DNA of 63,990 nucleotides, filler included, from Blastocystis sp. subtype 4 (lineage: Eukaryota): the NCBI RefSeq assembly GCF_000743755.1. It is 3 parts of 3 records of this genome, joined end to end, with 100 filler letters (N's around TTAATTAATTAA, not from the genome) between each part and the next. Parts side by side here need not be neighbours in the genome. Positions count along the whole stretch, not along the records: positions 1 to 25,990 come from NW_014569398.1; positions 26,091 to 52,047 come from NW_014569397.1; 1 more part is not named here. One strand, given 5' to 3'. Position 1 is the first letter of the stretch. Every line of letters starts with the position of its first letter. Position numbers and translations under genes: made by a program. This document shows positions 13,501-27,312 of this stretch, one piece after another. The notes under the pieces were generated by a model. That model had not been told where the DNA came from. It was given only the letters and a program-made list of their open reading frames with translations, and did not search any database.

Positions 13501-16500
13501 TCCAGGTTACACGGGAATTGTTGACCTGTGAGCAGCAACTCTTTCTTGAGCAACATGCTTTCTTAAAGAATCTCGGTGAATGGTTAGGAGCTCTTACAAT
13601 AGGTCGAGATGTCTGTTTGAGTCAACTCCATCTTAATCTTACGAATGAACTGTTCATTGCCTTCTATCACAAACGATTGCTCTATGTGTATGAGTTCGTC
13701 TGCTTCTTATTGCGTTCGGCTAAAACCAGCAAGGTTATTCGTCCTCCTCAGCCTTGGCTCATGGCTCTTCTCTCCTTATTACGAGAGTTAAACGAAGTTC
13801 CTGGCATCCAGAACAAAATCGGTTATATTTATGCCAACTATCTCAGTTACATGGGATTCTCTCCAGACGATATAGTTCTGATGGATAGTGACGTTTATTT
13901 GGCTATTCCAGAAGTCAAAAATAACCCCGATTTCTCAGAGCGTGCTTCTCAGGAAGAAGTGAACGCTTACTTCGTTCGTCGATATCCCGCTCTAATGGAG
14001 TCATCGGAAGAATCCTCCTTGCGTACTGTGGTTGATCAGAAAAAGCAGATTCGAGACTTTGTACCGAAGGCTTTACAAGGAGCATCTCCTTCCTATTCTC
14101 CTGCAGCCATCCCATCAACCATGCCTTCAACAGCGTCTGCACCAACTTCTGCAGTACGTGATGACACTCACCTCACGGTAGCTCTGACAGAGGAGCTTCG
14201 TGATACCTTGAAACCAGAACTCCAAGCAGAGCTGCATGGCATGCTTGAGGCCGATATTCGCCATCTCATCTCAATCTACCAGAAGGGTCTGGGAAAGGTC
14301 CATTGTGCTGCTGTGATTGCCTCGGTTCGTGCGATGTATACACGAGATCTCCTTCAAGTGAAAGATACGCGTGAGGTGATGGACTATTTGGAGAAGGCTA
14401 CACATTCGCTAGTAGGTGATCTACTCTTTACGGTGGCTCCGGTTATGGAGCGGGAATTTTTAATTCTTCTGCACAAGCACGAGATGGTTCTTCATGTGAT
14501 GACGGATGCTCGACTCCAGGCTTTAGTGAAGCGCAATACGGCTCCAATGCTGGATCTCTTACGGAACTGGATGATGGGTATGATTCTCAACAAGGTCGAA
14601 ACTATGCTGAAGGAGGATCGTACTCGAGGAACCTCAGCATTAGCAGAACAGACCAATTTCCAGGTATTGCCCGAGATGACTGCAAACGAGAAGGTATCTG
14701 ATGGGGTACTGAATCCACTGCAACGAGGTGTCTATACGAAGATGGTGGATCCTCCATCGATCAATGAGGCTCTTCTATCGGAGGAGGATCTCTGTGATAT
14801 CAGTGTGATGTTCCATTATCAACAGATTGCAAATGTGGTCCAGACTCTTCGTGAGAATGAGATGGCTCTCTCTATGTTGGAATCTCGTCAACCAGAAGAG
14901 GAAGCCATGGTACGTGAACTCCTTCAGAAGCTCTCAATGTATTTCTCTGTAATTGAGGGTAATCACCTTCTAACAGAAGATGTTGCGTTAGTGGATTACT
15001 TAGTTCTTGTTCTGAGTTCTCCTGACAGTATGAGTCACTTCAATGTCTCTGGGATTATCATTCGTATTGCTGTGATATATCAGAAGTTTAGCCTCCCTCA
15101 AGTGCGAGAGAGAATCACAGCAGTCACTCTGGAAGGTCTCGAACATCATTATCAACTGTATCTGCCGATTCTCACTCTGCTCGCTTGTAATGATTTATTG
15201 GACACATTGATCGTTGATAAGAAGCTTCAAATGATGGTTCAGAGCTTTGTTGCTGCTCCTACTGATGTTAACCGAGCTGTCTTCAACTGTCTGATTGATC
15301 TGGTACTGGTCCGTGAGCTTGTGAGTGTTGATGAACTTCCTACCACACTGAAGGCTCTGGAAGAGAAGGCACTGACAGAGGCTGGGAAGAGAGGTGTTCG
15401 GATTGAAGGAACGATGTACAACTGTGTGGTGATGGTAGAGAAACTGCGTACGAAGCGAACTGTATTGACTCACCGGGCTTCGTTGAAGGCTGCATGCTCC
15501 ACTGACACGTATAAGGAACTATGTGGCGTGATTGAAGCGGCAGTTCGAGCTTACAACACTCCAGATGATGTGTTGACGAAAGAGGGTCAGTTTGTGGAAA
15601 TTGTGAGCAAGTTGGATTCAGCTGTTCAGGCCTTTGGAGAGAATGGTGTGTTTGTGATGCTCTATTGTGTGTTGGTGACTTGTTATCAGTTGTATTTGCC
15701 TGTTACAGATCCCAAAGAGACGACTGTTCGTCGTGATTACACCTGTACCCTTCTCTGTGCGTTGTTTGGAGAGTTGGTTAATCGAGAGGAACCAGGTGAT
15801 GATCGAGTGCTAGTGTTCACAGCTGAAATGGAGGCTCTGGAAGCATTACTCTTCCAGTCGCATGATTTGAACTCTCCTCCTTTCTCAGCCTCCTTCTATC
15901 TGCGTACTATCTTGGGCCTTGTAAAGGAAGTGATTATGGCTCAAGACGTTGCTGAAACACGTCATCGTATGGTACTCCAGTTGGCTATATTGCTTCGAGC
16001 AATCGCTCCTCCTTCAGTCCCTGGATTCCTCTTATGTTGGGTAGAGTTGATCTCGGTTCCTCAAATCCTCCGATTGATGCTAGTGGATAATAATCCTGAG
16101 CTTGTGGCTATCATGGGAGATATGGTGATTCAACTGTTATCCTTCATGCGTTATCTGAACAGTTGTAAGGATCTGATCACCAGTTCTCAACATCTTGTGG
16201 AACGTGTCAATCTATTGTTACGCATCTTGTTAATCTCATTCCCTGGCTTCTTGGCCCAGCGTATTAGTGAGTTAATCCCTCTAGTGAAGGAGGACGTTAG
16301 ACTGTACCTGTTAAATGACTGTCCTCCTCAATGCAATCCTGCCACAGTCCCTCCAGAGGAGATGGATTCATTTATCAAGAGAGCGTGGGAGATTCAGGTG
16401 GAGAAGAATCCCATTTATAAGCAGGAGTTACAGAGGGGAGCAATTCTGGAAGCAGCAGAGAATGTGATGCTAAGGAAGAATCTGGAGAATTCGTTAATAG

Positions 16501-16871
16501 CGATTCGTCAGCTATTGGAGAATGTACCAATCCTGTTACGATCCTTACTCCAGTATTGGATTCTGGAAGAGGAGACACTTCATAACAAGCCTGCAGAAGG
16601 TCATATGTTGCCAGAAGAAGCAATTCGAGAACTACTGAAAGCTCTGAATTTCAACCGTGATTACAAACTTGCAGTTTTCAGAATTCTGGCTGAATTCATC
16701 CGATTCCCATGTAAGGAGACAAAGCTGTTTATGAAGACGTATTGTGGTTTATATCGCTTTATGGATCCCGAATCAAAGAAGTATATGCAAGAAGAGATGA
16801 TTCGCAAGTTGGATGAACCGAACGGTCAGTATGGACCTCATTTAACATTACAGAACTTACAGAGAATGTAA
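10598..16871 (+). CDS. CNOT1: CCR4-NOT scaffold subunit NOT1 (several 5' introns, long final exon)
   Basis: CAF1-binding MIF4G region (ISVLINNVT..WFADYLV..QTNYHALYL..LKNLGEWLG.LTIGRD, PPQPWLM) and C-terminal P..VPGFLLCWVELIS. Confidence 0.9.
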
Positions 16872-16945
16872 GGTTATAGTAGATTCGTGATTTGTTAACA
16901 AACACACACTCAAAAGAATCAAAAGGATTGAAAAAGACGAAAGTA

Positions 16946-17888
16946 CTATATGAAAACAAAACTAGGAATGAGTGTATCGATTTTCTTCAAATCATTTGAA
17001 CATTGGACAAAAGACACACGACCAATCGAGGATACACGAACATATCCAGCACCAAGGGGGAGCTGTGTTGCACATCGAATTGCTAGAGCTATATAATCCT
17101 TTCGAATAAATAAGGAAGCCTTTGGAATTGAGTACATCATATTGATGGCATATATAGCTCCTGTTGATGCATCTGAGATTGTGAAACTTCCAACAACAAC
17201 ACTGTTAATCATACACTCAAAAGTGGCTGTATAACCTTTTCGTAGATGGTTGTCAACTTCAAATTGCCAAATACTTCGACGAAAAGCAGAAAAGTCTTGA
17301 CCATGCGTATCCATATATTGGACAATAATATCATTTTTGCTGTACATTAAATATCGTTCGTAATGATCCCTAACAGTTAGATAGTTGCTCGCACAAGACG
17401 GAAAAGTAATGGAAAAGGCAGTCGTCTTAAGTGAGAGTGGCAAAAGATAGGGAGAACCATACGAGTCGATAAACTCCAAATTGGTACAATACATATTAAT
17501 AACAGTTAATAGTCGTTCCTTCAAACATAGGGAAAAGAACCCACGAATCCTGATAGATTTTATCAAGTGTCCATATCTACGGATTGTGGTGAAAACGTGT
17601 TGTGCAGACATTAACCGAAAATCAAAAGTACAAGAACTCCAGTTACTAGGGTGCGAAACAACGACCTCAAAGCTAGGATATCAGTTCCATTTTATTAGTA
17701 TACTCTTTGTTAGCACAACCAAGTTCGTACATGGACTCTCCATCAACAAATGACAAAACACGCAACATACTATCCATTCCAAGCATTGTAAGCTCTGAAG
17801 GGGGAATCATCTCCTTCTGCTTTCTCCTCTTCGGAGAGTTGAATGGTAGCGTAATGAAACGTTTTGCAAGTGAGATGGCATAGTCCAT
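16946..17888 (-). CDS. F-box-like protein (1 intron)
   Basis: N-terminal LTMLGMDSMLRVLSFVDGESMYELGCANK; a 31-nt GT-AG intron joins it in frame to ORF 16946-17611. Confidence 0.6.
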
Positions 17889-18015
17889 AGTAGCTTTATT
17901 CCAAAGAGTTATCAACTGAACAAATATGCTAGCTTCACTCTGATTGGCTCTTATATACGTGATTTCTAGTTCACAAACAAGTATCTAACAACAGTTCTAT
18001 TATGACAGATCATCA

Positions 18016-21000
18016 CTAAAGTTCCATATCTCCATCCTCCATCGATTCAATCCCTGAATCTGTTATCTGAAGATGATCCTCCACTTTGGCTCGTTTGCTC
18101 GATTTCTCCGACATATCACTTTCTCGCTTCACTGAAATAGGAGCATCGGGTAGATGTGGATGTTCATCAGGATGATCTCCACACAGAACGTATTTCTTGT
18201 TGAGAACTTGATGAGACACTTGCTTTAAGCAACTCGTATGATAGGCATGCGGACAACGTGCACAAACTGCCAGGAACTGAGAATTCTGGTTATTTCCACA
18301 CAGACAACAGTAATGACGAGGACAGCGGAATAAGCAGGGATGCTGGTCATAAAACACAAAATTCGGACTTTTCTTGGCGCATGATATATGATAGAAACAT
18401 CCACAATGATGTTGAGTACACTTGATCACAGGTTCAGGAATCATATAACGATTTCGATCTGGGTCTAACATCCCTCCACTACCAAATGTATTGATATACG
18501 ATTCAATGTCATTATAACGTAACCATTGCTCATAGAAAGTAAAGGTTCGTTTCCTTCCTTTACCTAAAGCGTCTCCTTCTTTTCCTATCTGATGACAGAT
18601 CATACACTCGTAGGCATGAGTAGAACACTGCTTACATTTCCATTTGGATGGAACTTGACGTAACTTGATACACCGTAGATGGAATTGGCGACAACACCGT
18701 CCGCTACACGAAATGAGAGTGAGTCCGTTCTCTTTGTCTTCACCAGTTAGACACACACAACAAATGCCTGAGATAGGTTCAGCAGGCTTTGATGCCACCA
18801 CCATCGGTTCCTCTACAAATCATTTCTCATGTTCATATCTACCTTGCTTTCGCTGTGTTCGTTTCCTGAATCGACCTTGCTCCAATTCCTCCAGCCAATT
18901 CAACATCATACTGCAGGCCTTCTTACCAAACACAGTAGTCATGGGAGATGCTGTCATTAGAATATGTGCTGTTGTATCCACCTCATGCTGATTGAAACCA
19001 CTCTCTCCATCTGCTTCGATTGTCTCACACAACTCTCGAACTAATCCTTCCAGATCCTTAAGCCACTGTGTGACAGATGCCGCATCCTGCATCACTACTG
19101 GATCCTGTAAACGCTGTAACAACATATCTGCATTGGCGTGTTGAAGCATCTTCTCCCAGAAATCTGGATCATTCAAATCAATCTGGGCTGAGGCTGTTTC
19201 TGGAGTAAACGAACGTTTGCTGTAAATGGTGCCACCTCGTTCCACACCAACAACAGATTGAGATCCCTCTTGCTTGGAACCAATTGAACCTTCCTATGAA
19301 TGAGTAATGATAGAATGATGATACAGGGCGTGTATTCTTCTGTAGAATCGAATCGATATCAGCATCAAAGAATTCTAAGGACGTAGCTACACTGCTATCC
19401 ATGATACAGTCAAACAATCCTCTTCGAAGCATTTCTTCCACTTCATTCTTACTTCGACGATATGGGTTCAATTCATCTTCCAGTGTACGAGGTTTAGTTG
19501 GTTTTCGTCCTCGTTTCTTCTTAACAGGAATAACAGGAACAGCAGGAACTCCGTATTCATCATCGACCATTTTATCAGCCACAGATGCATCTTCCTGTGT
19601 TGTTTTGGTGATCACAGACTCTTCATCAGCTTCCTCTTCTGATATCACAAAATCTTCATCTGAACTCCAGACTGACTTCTTCATTTCACTATCACTCTCC
19701 GGGAGATCTGCTAACTGACCATTTGCTTCCTCTACTTCCATCTCATTCGTGTTCGTTTCTTGATTTGCTATCTCAGCAGATTCAATAGGCGTTTCAACAG
19801 GAATAGCAGGAGTTTCATCAGTAATAGGAGAAGTTTCACTTGGTACACCAGGAGTATCAACATCTTTGGTTGTTTCCATGGAGTCAAGCACTACAAGAGG
19901 TATCTCATTCGGATTCGAAGGAAGTTCAGACGTAACACCATTAGCATTAGCAGACGAACGTGTGGAGATAGCATCACGATCCAATACAACTGTTTCAATT
20001 GCCAATTTTCTGGATGCTCTTTCAAACATTTCATATTCATATGTGTGTCGCGTGAGCAGTCGGTATACACTCACTTCCTGCTTCTGACCAATTCGATGAC
20101 AACGAGCAGTAGCTTGAGAATCATTCTGAGGATTCCAGTCAGAGTCATAAATAATCACGGTATCAGCTGCTGTCAGATTGATACCCAAACCTCCAGCACG
20201 TGTACTCAATAAGAAGATGAAGTAATCACTATCAGGTCGAGAGAATGCATCAATCGCTTCCTGTCGATCACTTCCTCGAGTCTGTCCATCAATACGAGCC
20301 ACCTTATACTGTCGAAGCTGACAATACTCTTCTAGAATGTCCAACATTTTAACAAACTACGATGAATGAAAGAATGAATCATTACCTGACTGAAGATTAG
20401 AACACGATGACCTTCGGATTGCAGTTTTGGCAACAATTTATCAAGAAGAACCATTTTTCCGGAACATGAAATAATCGGAGGAATTTGACTCACACGCTGT
20501 TGCTGGGCTAATGACTCAAGACTGCCATCTTGATATATTTCCATCTTTCCAGCTGCTGCTTCACGAACAAGAGCTTCCTCTTTCTCTCTGACTCCTTTGA
20601 TAAGGAATGGATGATTACAAACCTTCCGAAGTTGTGTCTCCACATGCATGAGAGAAGGAATGTCTGCTCTTTTACATCCCTTGTATAAAAAGCTCCGATT
20701 TCTGTCATACATAGCTTTATAATACTGTTTCTGAGTAATAGTCAATTCGACTTCAACAATAGTCTCCTGTTTCCTAGGAATACTCTTCTCTACCTCTTCC
20801 TTCACACGACGTAGCATACATTTGCTCAAAAGGGTTCGTAATCGTTCCACTTGTTCACTACTACGAAGATCTCCAAATTCTTCCTTAAAGCGTTCTAATG
20901 ATCCGGCCTCAGATACATCAATGAAGTTCAATAGAGGCCATAATTCTCCAGTATTGTTCTGAAGAGGAGTACCAGTAAGCAACAGCTTATGCTTAGTGTG

Positions 21001-24000
21001 AATATTATTGATGAATTGAATGAACTTACAGTTAATATTCCTCATACGATGAGCTTCATCCATCACAACACCTGTCCAAGCAATTTCACCTAACGAACTC
21101 CAGTCTTTCATTATAACTTCATAGGTTGTTAGCAGAACGTTGAATTTGAATAGATTCTTAACAGGTAAACCTTTGAAGAACCAATTATAACGTCGAATAA
21201 GCTGCCGTTCATCCTTTCCCTTCCCCTCACTGTGATACAAACATACTCGGAGCTTTGTCCACGTATGGAATTCTCGTGCCCAGTTCTTAAGAGTAGAAAG
21301 AGGTGCGATCACCAAATATGGACCTTCTTGAAGTTCTTTTGTGATGAAGTGATGTAAGAGAGAGATTACTTGAATGGTCTTTCCAAGACCCATTTCATCA
21401 CCCAGAATCATTCCTTCTCCATTTCTCCATTTCTGAATCATCCAATTTAGACTCACAACCTGATATTCACGAAGTTGAAGACCATGATGGTATGTAGGCG
21501 AATCTGTGTAGGGTTCAAATGTATCTTGCATAGGATTTGGTGGTAATGGAGGCAGCAAAGCAATAGGAGGATTCAGACGACTTGGTTTGAAGAGAATTTG
21601 AAGCAAGTCATCCACAGTGATTGATTTCCGTTTTGTACTCTCTTGATATGCCTTGTATCGACTTCGATTGTAAGTAATCATCTTTGATGACAGCATCATT
21701 CCCGAACCTGTAGTTGAAGTAGAGCCTGGAGCAGAACTGGGAGCAGAACTTGATTCAGGAATAGGAGCAGGCTCGATAGTAGGGACTTCTTTCAATTCTT
21801 CTTCCATTTCTTTCGTCTTTTCTTCACGAATCCTTACAGATTCACCAATCACATCTCCTATCTGAGCAGCTCCAGGAGAGAACGAGAATGATAGCTTTGA
21901 ATTCAGAGAAGTGAGATTGACAGGGAACAGAGTAAGAATGTTTGAAGCCAATAGTTCAGATCGATTATTCCCCCTTAAACTAGCAGAATGAGTTCTTACA
22001 GCATTGTAAGTCTCCAAAGTATTTTCCATGATACCTACCACACGATTACGAAGTTGATAACCTTCAGGATCAATCTCATGATCTTCGTATATCACAGTTT
22101 TCATCACATCATTCAGAAGTACACTTACATCTGCACCACTCTCTCGTATCTTCTCCACATCGCTCATAGACACAGGTTGAATATAGACCATATCTGCACT
22201 TCCTTCTAATGGAGCCGCAATCACAGGAGGCAACGACTGATACTTCTTCGCTTTCTCTCTTGGTTGTTCTAACTCTGGAATCAACTGTAACGAACCAAGT
22301 GAAGGTTTATCAAGAGACTGAAACACCACCGTCCGATCTTGTTCAAGTGATTGTGCTGGTTCCTCTGTGAGCAGACAGCATGTTCCAACTGGTTTGAAGT
22401 TATTCACATAATCAATCTCTGACTCCCAATCATATTCAGTCTCATAGACCTTATTACTACGTACTAGTGGATCAGCGTTATAGATCCCCAAATCAGCCTC
22501 TGTATTTGTAGTCGCTACAGGTTTGCTCTCTGTTTCGGTTGCTGAGGTTACTGTTCCATCTTCATTAAACCCAAGGAGATTCCGAACATCAGCTTCAGTA
22601 AGTAATGTCTCTGGATGTGTTTGAACATAGCGAGAGAGGAAAGGATAACATGCCTTCTGGAAATCAGCCATATGAGGATGCTTCTTTGCAATTCTATCAA
22701 TCATTCCTAACACGTCTCTCCTACGCCCCTAACTCTGGATACGTTGCTTCAACCCAGTCACGAAGCTTTCCTAACAACATTCGTGTATCACCAGCATATT
22801 TGCCATTCACCCACAAACTGAGACTACTTTGAGCAAATCCACAAAAAGCGGCTATTTCGGTTTGAGTGCAATTTGTCAATACCATCACAATATTCAGAAT
22901 TCGACGCCATATTCCCGATAATGGTGGCTTATAACCATTATCCTTCGCATCTGCTATACATCAAATCCGTCAATCATATCTACCTCGACTAATTTGAGGA
23001 GGATTTGGATCTACACAGAATCGTAAAGTACGGTTTCTTCGTCTGGGCTGAGTCTCACTCTTTCGTGGTCTTCCTCGTCGTTTCTTTCCTTCCGGAGGAG
23101 TGGCCTGAAGAGAAGATACCTCAAGGGTTACATCAGCTGTGGATTCAACATCGTTGAGAGCTAGAAATGAAGAGAGTAGAGAAATACAGACAGAGATAGT
23201 TCTCAGGGAGATAATCACCATAAATGGAGAGAATTGAATCTGGAATTGTGTTATAATCAATATACTGCTGAATCTTCACGTCGTTTTGAATATCACACGA
23301 TCGCTCCCATGTGGCTTCCGAGATACTCATATCAACCCATTTCACAAGATAGATCCTCTCATAGTAGTAAACACTTCCTTCCTTTGTTGGAATAATAACA
23401 GACTCGTCTTCAGGATAGAAAGAGGAAATGTTCTTCTTGAGATGAATATATGGATTCTCACCAGCCAACTCACTCATCATGTCCGTATCGTCTGATTTCT
23501 TTTTTTCATCTGATCCGAGTCGTTTGCGCCAACTTTCTGGGAGATGATAGATCTTCAGTTTCTTATCTAGCTCCTCTGTTGGATTTAGCAACCTCCAGCC
23601 AGTTAAATAGAGGTTGGGATTCACCTCAATGATTGCATCAACACAATCAATGATTGAGTCGACATTCATATATTCAGGGTTAAAAAGCAATGTTTCTGTT
23701 TGAGAATCATCTGGCAACTCACTCAATTTCTTCAAAAAGCGATTAATTACCACATTCTTCTTTAACTCCATTTCATCAAGTTGTTGCGATGTGATCCATT
23801 CCAGATGAAGGTATGAAACACCCTTGTGCTTGAGAGCATATTCCCACCCGTTACTTGACTCCACAGATCGTCGTCTCCCACACACTCGGTCAATCATATC
23901 AAGACGTCTATCTATCAACCCAATTACAACTGTTCCAACTGTAATCGAATCAGTTCTGTAGGAGATAAATTGGATTCGGCTTCCTGTAATGCCAAAGCTT

Positions 24001-24196
24001 CCAATTCCTTCTTCGATTTCCTCCCTCTCTTCTTTGGGATCTTAACAGTTTCAGTATCATTCTTTTCCTTATCTTTTGGTTTGGGTCGTCTTCCTCTCTT
24101 ACGTGGTAATGATATCTATGTGATAAGAATCTAAAAACACGAATTAGATACATCGGAATCAGAATTCAGATCAGAGAATGACGACTTCCTTCTCAT
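18016..24196 (-). CDS. CHD-family chromatin remodeler (AT-hooks, chromodomains, HTH, SNF2 ATPase/helicase-C, PHD fingers)
   Basis: [16 protein letters not shown] chromo motif, [43 protein letters not shown], and C-terminal Cys/His-rich PHD fingers. Exons join through canonical ~30-nt introns. Confidence 0.88.
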
Positions 24197-24623
24197 TCTT
24201 GGAAAATAGACTTCTTTTCAAAAGGCTGTGGATGAGACTGCAAAATAGAATCAAGATAAGAAGGAATCCGCCTTTTTTGAGTGGGCTTGGAATGACTGTC
24301 GTTGCACTTGAAATAGGTATTTCGTGGTCATTCAATCATCAATCGTATTGTTCTTTACGTTTGATATACTTCCTTTATTTACTATTTTCATCCGTGAGTA
24401 GCACACTATGAACACATTCTTCTTAATCTTGCTATCCATCCAAGTCACTTTAGTAAAAGGTTGAATAATTACATTCCATCCACAAGGATCATTACAATCA
24501 TTCCAATGATCAAGTTCGTTTCAAAAGAAGGTAAAAGAGAAAACACCCAGTCCTTCTCTTCCTCTGTTTTGTCTCAGAGTACTTGTTGTACCACTTTTAG
24601 GAATTCAAAACTGTGTATTGGTA

Positions 24624-25990
24624 ATGTATACACCAGTAAGATCATTTTCCTTGTTTTCACGTTCAGACTGATGCCTACTCTTTTGAATCATCATCTAATG
24701 AGAGTTTGGGTTCGTTGAGTGGATAATTCGTTAGGAGTACCTATACAAAACCGTTATGTAGGGGACAATTTGTACAGTAGTTCGCATCCATCTTCAAACT
24801 ATTATTATTATGTAAATATGCTTGGTTGTGGTAATCGCTAGGATCACTATGGTTCTTCTAATTATGGATACAACGGGTATAAGAATGGCTATAGATTCAC
24901 ACGTAGTGTTGACTATCATCAACCAGCGTACGTAAACAATAGGTCTCGGTATGATGCCCCAATGAATTATTCCTATGTGCCTTCTACATGTCAATCTTAT
25001 TATTCTGGATTGAATTCTGTGGACAACCCGTACTTCTTCCAAGGTGATCCGGATTCTTCGTATTCTCTGTCAAGAGATCGCCAAGCAATTGGATATCAAA
25101 GGCAAAACACTCATCAAGCAAGCAGTAGTTACTCCAATTTGCTGGATTCGGATCCTTATCTTGGAAGGCAGTCGTATGATCCTCTCTATCAATCAGGCTA
25201 TTTACCTTCCGATAGGTCCATGCAAGTGCTCCCGATCCAGCGTTCACCTCATTGTCAATTCTATTATCTTCCCTTATCTCTAGATTCTTCCTTACAAATG
25301 AATGTTACTCCGTGTGATGAAACAGGGAGATCACCTTCCTTTTCACCTTCTTTGTCTACGGGGTACTTGGGTGATGATCTTACTCCTCTTGGCGGCTATC
25401 AAGACAACTCCTATTATGCTCCAGATTTGAAGTCTGGACCAGTACGAATGAATCCATATCGTCAGGGGAAAGAGAAGCGAAAGAAGGATGTGGACTCGGA
25501 TATATGGGACCATTCTGGATTTGATCAGCTGACAGACGAGAATCGATCAAATCGATGGCAAGGACTTCAGCGTTCTGTGCCAACATTTCAGCAGAATCGG
25601 AGTTATCGGTATGTTCCATGGGAACACCAATCTGGAAAACCTACAGTTCGGACTATGGCGACAACTGGTGACGTTTCGAATCATGATCCTCTCTTGAAAC
25701 GTTCATTGTATGCAATGATTCGACAGCATGTAAGTGAAGCTGTTGAGAGACGGAAGAATGGAGATATTGAAGGAGCTCGTACTGCTTTAGAGTACTTGTG
25801 TTGTGAGTATCCTACGTGTCACATTATCTGGATTGAATTGAGTCGATTGGAACTGGATTTAGGCAATGTTCAGAATTCGCGAACTGTGGTATTGCAAGGC
25901 TTACACTATATTCCAGGGAATGAAACTCTGTTAGAGAAGCGTGTTAAGATTGAAGAACGATTGAGGAATTGTGATGGAGTATTGGAGTGT
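24624..25990 (+). CDS. HAT/TPR-repeat protein, 3' end lost in gap
   Basis: Three 5' introns extend ORF 24962 back to the ATG at 24624. HAT-like helices IWIELSRLELDLGNVQNSRTVVLQGL. Confidence 0.6.
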
Positions 25991-26090
25991 NNNNNNNNNN
26001 NNNNNNNNNNNNNNNNNNNNNNNNNNNNNNNNNNTTAATTAATTAANNNNNNNNNNNNNNNNNNNNNNNNNNNNNNNNNNNNNNNNNNNN
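25991..26090. other. Assembly gap with artificial TTAATTAATTAA six-frame-stop linker (26035-26046)
   Basis: N-run, 12-nt palindromic linker, N-run; same layout as the gap at 52048-52147. Confidence 0.95.
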
Positions 26091-26251
26091 GATTACGTGG
26101 TGGCTGAATCGGTTAGCTCTTATCCAGTCTCATTTTCTGTAGTGACTTGAAGTTGCTTGTTTGTTATAACAATCAAGGAAACACAACTGTAATAAAAGAA
26201 TGCAATTACTTAGCAAGTTTGAAATCAAACCTTAAAAAGACTTGGCGAGAC

Positions 26252-27088
26252 CTACATGACAAAGCTATTCATGAATCTCTGAACTGAGATAATAATAAAA
26301 TAAGCGAGATAATTGACAGGGAAGTTGTAACACACTGTCGCAATAAGTAGATGGAACCAGTACGGTTTTCCAATTGCCCACTTGAAAGGAGGAATGGGCT
26401 TGAGGAAGTCCACACACTCATGAGCAACACAGATGTTGAGCAATCGATAGTTTCCATTCTTGTCAATATAAGAAACAGGAGTCATGTAATGTGAACAGAT
26501 GTTGAGAATAACAAACTGAACGATGGAGAGGAAATAACATACAAGGGATATAGGCTTCTGACCTTGCATAACAAATATAATACAGGGGAAGTACCAGAAA
26601 TGGTGCATGGAAGACATCTTCTCGTGAAGGGGATAGGACTTATCCACAAGCCACCCGGCAGATCCAATCACAGATCTACCGAAGAATGGATATATAATCA
26701 AATCGATCCAGAAGGATGCATGAGGGAAGAGCGTAAGGCACATTGACTGTCCCAGAAGACTGGGAAGATGTAGATAGATGGCTGCTGCTGTAAGCAATAG
26801 CCCCATATGACAATACCAATAGATTTCGTAAAACCCATTTGGTCCATAAAAGTACCACCGTTCCCACAGCAAGTAGCACCACTGAACAATACAACATGCT
26901 GCGAAAATATAACAGAAGAGTGGATAGCGCCATTCAATTCTATCTACATCAATGTACTTCCAAGAGATATATGTCAACAATAGGAAAGTCAGCGCATAGG
27001 GAATCATCTCCAACCAGTAAGGACAAGGAACTTTGGTTTTAGCTTCCAAGTCCTGCTGATTTGCTTCAACATCTTTCGTTTCACTCAT
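26252..27088 (-). CDS. Intronless multi-pass membrane protein (TMEM164/YwaF-like motifs)
   Basis: 278-aa uninterrupted ORF with ~7 hydrophobic helices and YWYCH and SSMHH motifs. Confidence 0.7.
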   Translation of the reverse strand: MSETKDVEANQQDLEAKTKVPCPYWLEMIPYALTFLLLTYISWKYIDVDRIEWRYPLFCYIFAACCIVQWCYLLWERWYFYGPNGFYEIYWYCHMGLLLTAAAIYLHLPSLLGQSMCLTLFPHASFWIDLIIYPFFGRSVIGSAGWLVDKSYPLHEKMSSMHHFWYFPCIIFVMQGQKPISLVCYFLSIVQFVILNICSHYMTPVSYIDKNGNYRLLNICVAHECVDFLKPIPPFKWAIGKPYWFHLLIATVCYNFPVNYLAYFIIISVQRFMNSFVM

Positions 27089-27312
27089 TTTGAACGCCTG
27101 GTTTCAGGTATTTGTGACGAATTTTGACAAAAGAAGTTTCCATTGTACGGAAGAAAGCCAGCTATATGAAAATACTATTTTACTTATTTTTCGAGAATTT
27201 GATATTATTTGTAACAAACAATTGGCGGCTTCTTGATCAGTTTAAGAATAATAGCAGGATACAACGAATTTGTTCTCTATGGACAAGGACAGATGAAGAA
27301 CACAATTCTTGG

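Noticed and set aside
26035..26046. Perfect palindrome TTAATTAATTAA, repeated at 52092-52103
   Set aside because: Centred in 100-nt N-gaps; an artificial six-frame stop linker from scaffolding. Gene adjacency across these gaps is unverified.
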